A model generated the notes under the pieces. The model ran no database searches. It was not told the origin of the DNA and worked only from the letters and a program-made list of their open reading frames with translations. 64,000 nucleotides of DNA from positions 39,990,001 through 40,054,000 of the forward strand of contig NC_047021.1 of NCBI RefSeq assembly GCF_902652985.1. Reading direction: 5' to 3'. Made by a program: the position numbers and the translations under genes. Of this stretch, positions 26,059 to 38,779 are shown one piece after another (the first letter of the stretch is position 1; the number at the start of each line of letters is the position of its first letter). The DNA comes from Pecten maximus. Lineage: Eukaryota.

Positions 26059-29000
26059 TCAAACTGGTTGTTTATTAAGTCGCTGTTTTCTTCCTGTGAT
26101 CAAACTTGTCGATTCTGATATTGCTGTTTCAAATGCTGAAAAATATCAAGTAAACAACAGATTTGAAAATAATACATTTGACCCATGTGACCTTGAATGT
26201 AGGTCAAGGTCATTCATTTGAACAAACTTGGAAGCCCTTCATCCCAGTATTCTACTGGCCCAATTACATGACCCTGGGCCTCTATTGAGAAGAACTTAAA
26301 AATGTGAATTTGTTTATTGTAAATGGCTATCACAATAAGTCACTTCAGACTTTGTCTCAGGTGGGTTTTATGTTTTTGCGATGTTTTTTATTATTTTCAT
26401 TCTCGCAAGTGATGCATTTGACTTTGTATGAGTACTGATGAACAGATGTGCATTAAATTTTTCACATCCAAAATCAAATATGGCCACCACTGATTCTGAT
26501 TGGCTATAACTTTAAATCTGTACCATAAGACATAATGGATCTCAAAAGTATCTGCCATGGGGAGGTGTCTGATTGTCTGAAATCCAGATTTGGCTGATTT
26601 TATTCGAAACTGGTATGTAGGTGTATCATGACATAAAAAACAATAGCTCCTTCTGTTTTTCTAACAATGACAGTATGTACAAGATCAATACCTACCAATC
26701 TCTTTAAGTCCGTTGCCAAAGTTTTTACACACAATGTATAGCTCCACCATTGTTATTATCCAAACCAGTATAGCCAGGATACCTGTAATCAGAGATTTAC
26801 ATACTCCTCAGAATACCTGTAATCAGATATTTACATACTCCTCAGAATACCTGTAACCAGAGATTTACATACTCCTCAGAATACTTGTAATCAGAGATTT
26901 ACATACTCCTCAGAATACCTGTAATCAGAGATTTACATACTCCTCAGAATACCTGTAACCAGAGATTTACATACTCCTCAGAATACTTGTAACCAGAGAT
27001 TTACATACTCCTCAGAATACCTGTAATCAGAGATTTACGTACTCCTCAGAATACCTATAATAAGAAATTTACATATTCCTCAGAATACCTGTAATCAGAG
27101 ATTTACGTACTCCTCAGAAAACCTGTAATTAGAGATTTACGTACTCCTCAGAATACCTGTAATCAGAGATTTACATACTCCTCAGAATACCTGTAATCAG
27201 AGATTTACATACTCCTCAGAATACCTGTAATCAGAGATTTAGATATTCCTCAGAATACCTGTAATCAGAGATTTACATACTCCTCAGAATACCTGTAATC
27301 AGATATTTACATACTCCTCAGAATACTTGTAATCAGAGATTTACGTACTCCTCAGAATACCTGTAATCAGATGTACTCCTCAGAATACCTGTAATCAGAG
27401 ATTTACATACTCCTCATAATACCTGTAATCAGATATTTACATACTCCTCAGAATACCTGTAATCAGAGATTTACATACTCCTCAGAATACCTGTAATCAG
27501 AGATTTACGTACTCCTCATAATACCTGTAATCAGATGTACTCCTCAGAATACCTGTAATCAGAGATTTACATACTCCTCAGAATACCTGTAATCAGAGAT
27601 TTACGTACTCCTCATAATACCTGTAATCAGATGTACTCCTCAGAATACCTGTAATCAGAGATTTACATACTCCTCAGAATACCTGTAATCAGAGATTTAC
27701 ATACTCCTCAGAATACCTGTAATCAGAGATTTACGTACTCCTCATAATACCTGTAATCAGATGTACTCCTCAGAATACCTGTAATCAGTGTAGGTGACAT
27801 TTGATCTTAAAAGTAGGTACACACCTTTGGTCAATATAGCATAGGTGATTGCTGACCTCAAGAGTTTGTACATACCTGCAATCAGAGTTGTGTAAGATAG
27901 TTGACCTAACGAGTTTGTACATACCTGCAATCAGAGTTGTGTAAGATAGTTGACCTCACGAGTTTGTACATACCTGCAGTCAGTATTGCGTAGGTGATAG
28001 TTGAGCTTTGATCTAGGTTATCATCAATATTCACATACTCCTGGAAAATAAAATAAAAAACATATAATCATTTACATAGAGACTGCAACCTTCACACAAA
28101 AACACTCATCAAATCAACAGATCGCCTTCACACAAAAACACTCATCAAATCAACAGACCGCCGCCATTTGATAAAGAGACTGCAAACTCTGATGTAGAGA
28201 AGGAAATGACTGACGAAGTACTAGGAAGGGTGTCATTGGATGTATAGCTATACTTACGTTTACCAGCTTGTAGATATAGTATGAAGGTTTAGCCAGGCCA
28301 AGGAAAGCAAAGATCCAAGCTCCTGTCAGCCATTCTTTCTTTAGCTAAAATAGTAACAACACTTTATAAATAGGTGATCTAGGTGATTTGAAGTCCTGTT
28401 TATGACTTACACCTGATCAATGTTATCTTCGGGAGAAATCAGATATATTTTCTTACAGAATTACGATAAAATAATGACAATTCCAGTGTGCGTACTCACC
28501 ACAACAGAGCCGAGTATATTCCAGATGATGGAGTATGGAATTCCGACTCCCAGTACAACCTGTTCCAGGATGTTCAAATCAGTGCCCTTCCTCAGGACAA
28601 GCACAACCATACTAATCTATAAAACACAATTGGAGATCTCAACAGTAGCCAGCAGACCGGGGTTGTAACTTTCTTCCACTCAGATGATTATACATAAGAC
28701 ACACAAGTTATTAGCACATGTCAAGCAAAGTGAGAGTTAGATACAGTACAGTCAAAGTGAGAGATAGATACAGTAGAGCCAAAGTGAGAGATAGATACAG
28801 TACAGCCAAAGTGAGAGTTAGATACAGTACAGCCAAAGTGAGAGTTAGATACAGTACAGCCCAAGTGAGAGTTAGATACAGGTCAGCCAAGTGAGAGCTA
28901 GATAAAGTACAGCCAAGTGAGAGCTAGATACAGTACAGCCAAAGTGAGAGTTAGATACAGTACAGCCAAAGTGAGAGTTAGATACAGTATAGCCAAAGTG

Positions 29001-32000
29001 AGAGTTAGATACAGTAGAGCCCAAGTGAGAGATAGATACAGTACAGCCGAAGTGACAGTTAGATACAGTACAGCCCAAGTGAGAGTTAGATACAGTACAG
29101 CCAAAGTGAGAGTTAGATACAGTACAGCCCAAGTGAGAGTTAGATACAGTACAGCCCAAGTGAGAGATAGATACAGTACAGCCCAAGTGAGAGATAGATA
29201 CAGTACAGCCCAAGTGAGAGTTAGATACAGTACAGCCAAAGTGAGAGTTAGATACAGTACAGTCAAAGTGAGAGTTAGATACAGTACAGCCAAAGTGAGA
29301 GTTAGATACAGCACAGCCCAAGTGAGAGTAAGATACAGTACAGCTCAAGTGAGAGTTAAGTACATTAGAGCAAAAGTGAGAGTAAGATACAGTAGAGCAA
29401 AAGTGACAGTTAGATACAGTACAGCCAAAGTGACAGTTAGATACAGTACAGCCAAAGTGACAGTTAGATACAGTATAGCCAAAGTGACAGTTAGATACAG
29501 TACAGCCAAAGTGACAGTTTGATACAGTTCAGCCCAAGTGACAGTTAGATACAGTATAGCCAAAGTGACAGTTAGATACAGTACAGCCAAAGTGACAGTT
29601 AGATACAGTACAGCCAAAGTGACAGTTAGATACAGTACAGCCAAAGTGACAGTTAGATACAGTACAGCCAAAGTGAGAGTTAGATACAGTACAGCCAAAG
29701 TGAGAGTTAGATACAGTACAGCCAAAGTGAGAGTTAGATACAGTACAGCCAAAGTGAGAGTTAGATACAGTAGAGCCCAAGTGAGAGTTAGATACAGTAC
29801 AGCCAAAGTGAGAGTTAGATACAGTATAGCCAAAGTGAGAGTTAGATACAGTATAGCCAAAGTGAGAGATAGATACAGTACAGCCAAAGTGAGAGTTAGA
29901 TACAGTACAGCCAAAGTGAGAGTTAGATACAGTATAGCCAAAGTGAGAGATAGATACAGTACAGCCAAAGTGAGAGTTAGATACAGTACAGTCAAAGTGA
30001 GAGATAGATACAGTATAGCCAAAGTGAGAGTTAGATACAGTAGAGCCAAAGTGAGAGTTAGATACAGTACAGCCCAAGTGAGAGTTAGATACAGTACAGC
30101 CAAAGTGAGAGTTAGATACAGTAGAGCCCAAGTGAGAGTTAGATACAGTACAGCCAAAGTGAGAGTTAGATACAGTATAGCCAAAGTGAGAGTTAGATAC
30201 AGTATAGCCAAAGTGAGAGATAGATACAGTACAGCCAAAGTGAGAGTTAGATACAGTACAGCCAAAGTGAGAGTTAGATACAGTATAGCCAAAGTGAGAG
30301 ATAGATACAGTACAGCCAAAGTGAGAGTTAGATACAGTACAGTCAAAGTGAGAGATAGATACAGTATAGCCAAAGTGAGAGTTAGATACAGTAGAGCCAA
30401 AGTGAGAGTTAGATACAGTACAGCCCAAGTGAGAGTTAGATACAGTACAGCCCAAGTGAGAGTTAGATACAGTACAGCCAAAGTGAGAGTTAGATACAGT
30501 ACAGTCAAAGTGAGAGTTAGATACAGTACAGCCAAAGTGAGAGTTAGATACAGCACAGCCCAAGTGAGAGTAAGATACAGTACAGCTCAAGTGAGAGTTA
30601 AGTACATTAGAGCAAAAGTGAGAGTAAGATACAGTAGAGCAAAAGTGACAGTTAGATACAGTACAGCCAAAGTGACAGTTAGATACAGTAGAGCCAAAGT
30701 GACAGTTAGATACAGTACAGCCAAAGTGACAGTTTGATAAAGTACAGCCAAAGTGACAGTTAGATACAGTACAGCCAAAGTGAGAGTTAGATACAGTACA
30801 GTCAAAGTGAGAGTTAGATACAGTACAGCCAAAGTGAGAGTTAGATACAGCACAGCCCAAGTGAGAGTAAGATACAGTACAGCTCAAGTGAGAGTTAAGT
30901 ACATTAGAGCAAAAGTGAGAGTAAGATACAGTAGAGCAAAAGTGACAGTTAGATACAGTACAGCCAAAGTGACAGTTAGATACAGTATAGCCAAAGTGAC
31001 AGTTAGATACAGTACAGCCAAAGTGACAGTTTGATAAAGTACAGCCAAAGTGACAGTTAGATACAGTTCAGCCCAAGTGACAGTTAGATACAGTATAGCC
31101 AAAGTGACAGTTAGATACAGTACAGCCAAAGTGACAGTTAGATACAGTACAGCCAAAGTGACAGTTAGATACAGTACAGCCAAAGTGACAGTTAGATACA
31201 GTACAGCCAAAGTGACAGTTAGATACAGTACAACCAAAGTGAGAGTTAGATACAGTACAGCCAAAGTGAGAGTTAGATACAGTACAGCCAAAGTGAGAGT
31301 TAGATACAGTACAGCCCAAGTGAGAGTTAGATACAGGTCAGCCCAAGTGAGAGTTAGATACAGTATAGCCAAAGTGAGAGATAGATACAGTACAGCCAAA
31401 GTGAGAGTTAGATACAGTACAGTCAAAGTGAGAGATAGATACAGTACAGCCAAAGTGAGAGTTAGATACAGGTCAGCCCAAGTGAGAGTTAGATACAGTA
31501 GAGCCAAAGTGAGAGTTAGGTACAGTAGAGCCAAAGTGAGAGTTAGGTACAGTAGAGCCAAAGTGAGAGTTAGATACAGTACAGCCCAAGTGAGAGTTAG
31601 ATACAGTACAGCCCAAGTGAGAGTTAGATACAGGTCAGCCCAAGTGAGAGTTAGATACGTACAGTATAGCCAAAGTGAGAGTTAGATACAGTACAACCAA
31701 AGTGAGAGTTGGATACAGTATAGCCAAAGTGAGAGTTAGATACAGTACAGCCAAAGTGAGAGTTAGATACAGTACAGCCAAAGTGAGAGTTAGATACAGT
31801 ACAGCCCAAGTGAGAGTTAGATACAGTACAGCCAAAGTGAGAGTTAGATACAGTAGAGCCAAAGTGAGAGTTAGATACAGGTCAGCCAAAGTGAGAGTTA
31901 GATACAGTACAGCCAAAGAGGGAGTTAGGTACAGTAGAGCCAAAGTGAGAGTTAGGTACAGTACAGCCAAAGTGAGAGTTAGATACAGTACAGCCAAAGT

Positions 32001-35000
32001 GAGAGTTAGATACAGTACAGCCCAAGTGAGAGTTAGATACAGTACAGCCAAAGTGAGAGTTAGGTACAGTAGAGCCCAAGTGAGAGATAGATACAGTATA
32101 GCCCAAGTGAGAGTTAGATACAGGTCAGCCCAAGTGAGAGTTAGATACAGGTCAGCCCAAGTGAGAGTTAGATACAGGTCAGCCCAAGTGAGAGATAGAT
32201 ACAGTACAGCCAAAGTGAGAGTTAGATACAGGTCAGCCCAAGTGAGAGATAGATACAGTACAGCCCAAGTGACAGTTAGATACAGTACAGCCCAAGTGAG
32301 AGTTAGATACAGGTCAGCCCAAGTGAGAGTTAGATACAGGTCAGCCAAAGTGAGAGTTAGATACAGGTCAGCCCAAGCGAGAGTTAGATACAGTAGAGCC
32401 CAAGTGAGAGTTAGATACAAATCGAGTCAAAGTGAGAGTTAGATACAGTAGAGCCAAAGTGAGAGTTAGATACAGTACAGCCCAAGTGAGAGATAGATAC
32501 AGTACAGCCAAAGTGAGAGTCAGATAGAGTAGAGCAAAACAAAATAAACTGCAGCATACAGCTAGATAGCCAAAAACTAAGTCAAGGGATATCCAAATCT
32601 GGATGGGGAGGGGCAAATGACCAATGATTCAATAAATTTGAAAATTTTCAATACTGAATATCAAAAGAACATTAAGAATATGACATTGTGTATACAAATG
32701 TATTACCATTGGTGAACCAAATCCATGAGGAAACATCAACACATATTTTCCATAAATCAGGATTGAATTTGTTTTAGGATGGAATGTCAGTTCAACAGTG
32801 TATATGGTAGTATGGATGTAGTTGGCAAAGTATCATTTCATTTTTGCATTTCAGTTTGCTTTCTTACAGAAGGCAATATGTAAAATACTTGGGTAATTGA
32901 TTTTTCAAAATTTTATTGAATTACATTGTAAATATTTAACGTATTGTAAAATATTAATAATATATTCATTCTCAAATAAACCCCTCCCCTAGTGTAAAAG
33001 TTGATTACCGTATACATCCTCAAATAAACCCCACCCCAGTGTAAAATTTGATTACTGTATTCATTCTCAAATAAACCCCACCCCAGTGTAAAATTTGATT
33101 ACTGTATTCATTCTCAAATAAACCCCACCCCAGTGTAAAATTTGATTACTGTATTCATCCTCAAATAAACCCACTCTCCTAGTGTAAAAGTTGATTACCG
33201 TATTCAACCTCATACAAGCGCCCTCCCCAGTATAAAAGTTGATTACCCTATTCATCCTCATAATTTTTATAAGCCCCCTCCCCCAGTGTAAAAGTTAAGT
33301 ACAGTATTCATCTTCAAATAAACCTTCTCTCCAAGTGTAAAGGTTCAGTTTTAAACTTTGAGAGGGCTTATTTGTGAACCATTCATAAGAGCTTACTATT
33401 AGTAAATTGATGATTCTGCAAAAATGATGAGGGGGACTTATTTGAGCTCGGACACTTTCTTTACCAACACACTGTCACATCCGACAGATAAAATCAGGTT
33501 TCATTGTAAGTTCTGAATTTTTTTTACCATGATTTAAAATTTAGAGATTCATTTCAATTTTTTATTTATATGACATCAATACATTCCTTTCTGTTTCATC
33601 AAGGTCATTCACATGGACCTTTTATAAAACTGTATTAAAAAATCCAAAATTATAAGTATAATAACATGTTTTTCAATATTTTACTGCCCAAATGGACTGT
33701 TCCACTTAAAACATCAAAGATTGCCCCTCCAGCAGTTTACTTACCGTGACTTGAACATCAAACTTCAATGCACAGCTAAATATCGAAGCCTGGGCATACA
33801 GATCTGAAAAGTGGAATTAGGAGAGTGATGGGACTTTGTTTCACTTTCAGAATCGAAAATCAGAAATTCAAAATCTGTCAGTTATAGATTATAATCGGTT
33901 TTCTAAATTTAGCACAAAATGACCCTTTTGTTGAAAATGTATGTACATCTCAAGTATATTCATTACACGTCTTAGCCTTTGTTATCAATATATTTAATAC
34001 TGAACACAAAGCATTTAACGGTTGTTAATATATAAATCTCCTTAATGGCTTGTAAAGAGCCAATTAATATATTGGTAAAATACAAGATCATCTACTTCTT
34101 GGTTCTTTAACATTACAAAAATACGCAAAGCTAAAGATTTACAGAAATATTGATCTTTATGCAGCAACTTTAATTCAACTGTGATTTGAGTTATCTCCCC
34201 TTAAATCATATGGTTGGTAGTTCTCTAGAGCCAGAATAACTGGTACATAGTATTATATACTGTACACATCGGACCTTAGGTACATAGTATTATATACTGT
34301 ACACATCGGACCTTAGGTACATAGTATTATATACTGTACACATCGGACCTTAGGTACATAGTATTATATACTGTACACATCGGACCTTAGGTACATAGTA
34401 TTATATACTGTACACATCGGACCTTAGGTACATAGTATTATATACTGTACACATCGGACCTTAGGTACATAGTATTATATACTGTACACATCGGACCTTA
34501 GGTACATAGTATTATATACTGTACACATCGGACCTTAGGTACATAGTATTATATACTGTACACATCGGACCTTAGGTACATAGTATTATATACTGTACAC
34601 ATCGGACCTTAGGTACATAGTATTATATACTGTACACATCAGACCTTAGGTACATAGTATTATATACTGTACACATCAGACCTTAGGTACATAGTATTAT
34701 ATACTGTACACATCAGACCTTAGGTACATAGTATTATATACTGTACACATCGGACCTTAGGTACATAGTATTATATTCTGTAAACATCAGACCTTAGGTA
34801 CATAGTATTATATACTGTACACATCAGACCTTAGGTACATAGTATTATATACTGTACACATCAGACCTTAGGTACATAGTATTATATACTGTACACATCA
34901 GACCTTAGGTACATAGTATTATATACTGTACACATCAGACCTTAGGTACATAGTATTATATACTGTACACATCGGACCTTAGGTACATATAGTATTATAT

Positions 35001-38000
35001 ACTGTACACATCGGACCTTAGGTACATAGTATTATATACTGTACACATCGGACCTTAGGTACATAGTATTATATACTGTACACATCGGACCTTAGGTACA
35101 TAGTATTATATACTGTACACATCGGACCTTAGGTACATAGTATTATATTCTGTAAACATCAGACCTTAGGTACATAGTATTATATACTGTACACATCAGA
35201 CCTTAGGTACATAGTATTATATACTGTACACATCGGACCTTAGGTACATAGTATTATATACTGTACACATCGGACCTTAGGTACATAGTATTATATACTG
35301 TACACATCAGACCTTAGGTACATAGTATTATATACTGTACACATCAGACCTTAGGTACATAGTATTATATACTGTACACATCGGACCTTAGGTACATAGT
35401 ATTATATACTGTACACATCGGACCTTAGGTACATAGTATTATATACTGTACACATCGGACCTTAGGTACATAGTATTATATACTGTACACATCAGACCTT
35501 AGGTACATATAGTATTATATACTGTACACATCGGACCTTAGGTACATAGTATTATATACTGTACACATCGGACCTTAGGTACATAGTATTATATACTGTA
35601 CACATCGGACCTTAGGTACATAGTATTATATACTGTACACATCGGACCTTAGGTACACAGTATTATATACTGTACACATCGGACCTTAGGTACATAGTAT
35701 TATATACTGTACACATCGGACCTTAGGTACATAGTATTATATTCTGTAAACATCAGACCTTAGGTACATAGTATTATATACTGTACACATCGGACCTTAG
35801 GTACATAGTATTATATACTGTACACATCAGACCTTAGGTACATAGTATTATATACCATACACATCAGACCTTAGGTACATAGTATTATATACTGTACACA
35901 TCAGACCTTAGGTACATAGTATTATATACTGTACACATCAGACCTTAGGTACATAGTATTATATACTGTACACATCAGACCTTAGGTAAATCATAGTTAA
36001 TAGGATTCCTACATATATACACAGAGAAATCAAATGGCCCTGATACAGCTAGATTTAATATACATCATTCTTATAGCTGTGCTTCATTGTCATTTTTAAA
36101 ATACTAAATGACCTACAATCTAAATCCATACAATATCAATAGTAATCAATCTTTAAATACAATTTCTGAAATATTGTTTTCATCTGTTTGTTATACTAAA
36201 ATTATTAAGACTCCAATGGACTCTCATATAATCATATTGCTATAATCTATGACAGCACATTGTGTTTTGTTTTTTGTTTTTAATTGAACCCAAGGTAAGA
36301 ATAAATATGACTTTAGATTTATGTCATACTGATTTTAATATTGTACGTAAGTTATTCAGGGAAGATTTGTATCATAGTTTGTTTTTATAATCATTTTACG
36401 ATTCATCCACAGCTGAAAGTCATTTAGAGCTAAGTAACACCATGCAGATGATCTGGACAGATTCATAACCACCAAAAAAAAAGTACCTATGAATATTAAA
36501 CATTACACAGATTACAAGGATAAAATGGTCGTTTTCAGCATCATACTGACGTTGTAGAAATTCTGAGGCTCCAACGATCCTGAATTGGAGGTATCCAAAG
36601 TTACGGGCCACATTCCATGCTAGGAAGATGTTTGGAAGAGCCAGAACACAAACTAGAATCATACGCACCTAAAAATTTGTGAAAAATAAAATATGGCGGT
36701 AGTTAATAGTAAATCAGGTCAATAATATGATAAATTGTCCTGAGCCTTTAGGTAACTGACATATTGAATTTACTAAACAAGTTAGATAAATTTCCCTTCT
36801 GCATTCACAAAAGTATGAGATTCTATTTATCACATAAAATCCACTTATAAAATTCATATGACAAAACATAACCTGTTATGTGGTAAATGATTTAATACTA
36901 GTATAAAGATGGTTATTACCAGTTTAAATGTTTTTCTGCCTTTTACATTCACCCCATACTCCACTGTACAGTAAAGGACAACGACGATGATAGCAATGAT
37001 AAGGACATAAAGCTCATAGATCCTTTCACGGAGCGTGCCATGGAATGCGTAGAAAAGACAGAACACTGAAATGAAAGACAACATATATTACCAGAGGTAT
37101 TAGAGAGACGAATAACTGATTTAGCATTAGATTTTGTCTGGCAATACCAAAAATTTCATGGTGCCAAAATAAATTGTTTAAAGTGTATCAGATAATATGA
37201 ATTACCATTATTTCAGATAAAAGTATCATTAATCTATAATATCATACATATGTTAAATATCAGTTGAAGAATAAAACCATTAATGCCACCATCCCATCTT
37301 TCACAGTAATTGCAGAGCTGAACAAAAGGCCCAGAGGGCCTGCATCACTAATCTGGATATTTCACTGATTATAAAGCAAAACACTCCCATTTCAGTTGTA
37401 TATCAAAAATACAGGGACTTTTCTGGCTATTTTGGGTATTGTCAATTGGGTCTTTATCAGGTTTATCTTATGTAGTTTTCGATTATATTTGGAAAAACAC
37501 AAGAATAAAGCTAATACTTTAACAATTTTTTAAAAATGTAAACATCTCAGCATATCAGTGAAATTGGAAATAATCTGCACAGCAATGATATCTGAACAGG
37601 AAAGAACATTCAGGCAAAGTACCAGCATTCTATCATTTATGATTTATAAAGAGTGAAGGTTGAACTCAAGTCGGAATTTCAACTACGGAAATTTACCTGC
37701 ATTGATGAGAAGTAGAAGAGCAAAAGTGAAATCAGGAACCGCTGGGTCATTCCGGATGACTTCGATGAAACTGTACAATGTCAACCCAATGGCTGTCAAT
37801 ATGTTAATAGTGGTCACCAGAAGAAAGGACCACTCTGTACGACTCAGCCCAGCTAAGGTCTTGGTCTGGTAACAAAAGATAAAGATATGACTGTATTGGT
37901 TTTCCTCCAATAACCCCTGGGTCAACAACAAAAATTGACTTAAAGAATTATCGAAGGGGTTGGGTAATTATTCTTAGTAAACATTTGTAATCATCATGCT

Positions 38001-38563
38001 AAAATAATTAGACTCTGAAAGGCTGCTAATTACCACATAATGGAATTGCAATACATATTAAAAGTATTATAAATGAAATAGAAATAAAATCTTTATTTAG
38101 CAATGAAACGGGAGACTGGTTCACTTACATTGTTTCTGTTTCTACCATCAAATTTCATTGATGATTATATTATGTAGGGTGAAGGTTAAAACTAGATTAA
38201 ATCTATTTTCATGAATAAGGTTTGAGAAAACTAAGCACCGACGGGTCGACTGGAATCTTACTGATTTCAATCATGTGATCTCGGTTTGTGAGGGTTAATA
38301 TATTTAACAAGCAATTCCCATCCTGATGCTTATTTTTGTAATTCTTTGGAAAGCTACAATTCCCATCTGAAATATATAGATCCGTACTCGGTAAGGTTCC
38401 AGAAACGAATCGAAAGTAAACTTTATGTAGCCAGGTAAGTTCGTAAGGTTACCTGCCCCCACGACGTAGCTATTGATGTTTTCGGGATATCTGTGATTCC
38501 GTATTTGCTGTAACCTGTTGATTCCTCTTTTTCCTTCGGACGATCGTTTGTTTCTCCTTGCAT
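26059..38563 (-). CDS. Uncharacterised multi-pass membrane protein, 345 aa, about 8 TM (possibly UPF0658 Golgi membrane protein-like)
   Basis: Exons 38563-38453, 37865-37697, 37065-36920, 36668-36551, 33803-33745, 28616-28500, 28344-28258, 28040-27974, 26782-26696, 26135-26059. All GT-AG with compatible phases; 1038 nt with no internal stop. Motifs NFGYLQFRIVGA, LKFD and NFGNGLK recall, from memory, the UPF0658 family. The family call needs an HMM search. Confidence 0.85.
26779..27787. repeat. 34-bp minisatellite containing the exon 9 splice acceptor
   Basis: Unit tacctgtaatcagagatttacatactcctcagaa, with some shorter variants. The first unit overlaps the real acceptor at 26783-26784. Confidence 0.95.
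28727..32535. repeat. 27-bp minisatellite (3.8 kb, intronic)
   Basis: Unit aaagtgagagttagatacagtacagcc. Source of the (VRVRYSTAK)n, (LYLTLTLAV)n and (SNSHFGCTV)n ORFs. Confidence 0.95.
32965..33345. repeat. 47-bp minisatellite, about 8 copies
   Basis: Unit cattctcaaataaaccccaccccagtgtaaaatttgattactgtatt. Confidence 0.85.
34242..35988. repeat. 37-bp highly homogeneous minisatellite
   Basis: Unit ggtacatagtattatatactgtacacatcggacctta. Confidence 0.95.
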
Positions 38564-38601
38564 GGCTTGAAAATAGCAGCACTTATATATCCTACAGTAA
38601 G

Positions 38602-38684
38602 CATCTTCGCTAACCAAGGGTTACTCTACGCTAAGCTCCATTTCACCCTTGGCTTCGTTCATTTCATATTTGACGCCTCCCGCT
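38602..38684 (+). repeat. Left terminal inverted repeat (83 bp)
   Basis: Exact reverse complement of 47792-47874. Confidence 0.95.
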
Positions 38685-38779
38685 ATCGCCACCTAGCGAG
38701 CGCAAGGTTTACCTCCCCTTACAGCAAGTTTCCATTAGCCAATCAAATCGCTTGTACTATCTTGCATCACTTTGCAAAA

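Noticed and set aside
28872-32616. Many long repetitive ORFs (VRVRYSTAK, LYLTLTLAV, SNSHFGCTV)
   Set aside because: They come from a 27-bp intronic minisatellite with simultaneous ORFs on both strands.
38558-38779. N-terminal extension of the helicase ORF as given in the ORF track
   Set aside because: It runs across host flank, TSD and TIR. The plausible start is the ATG at 38780.
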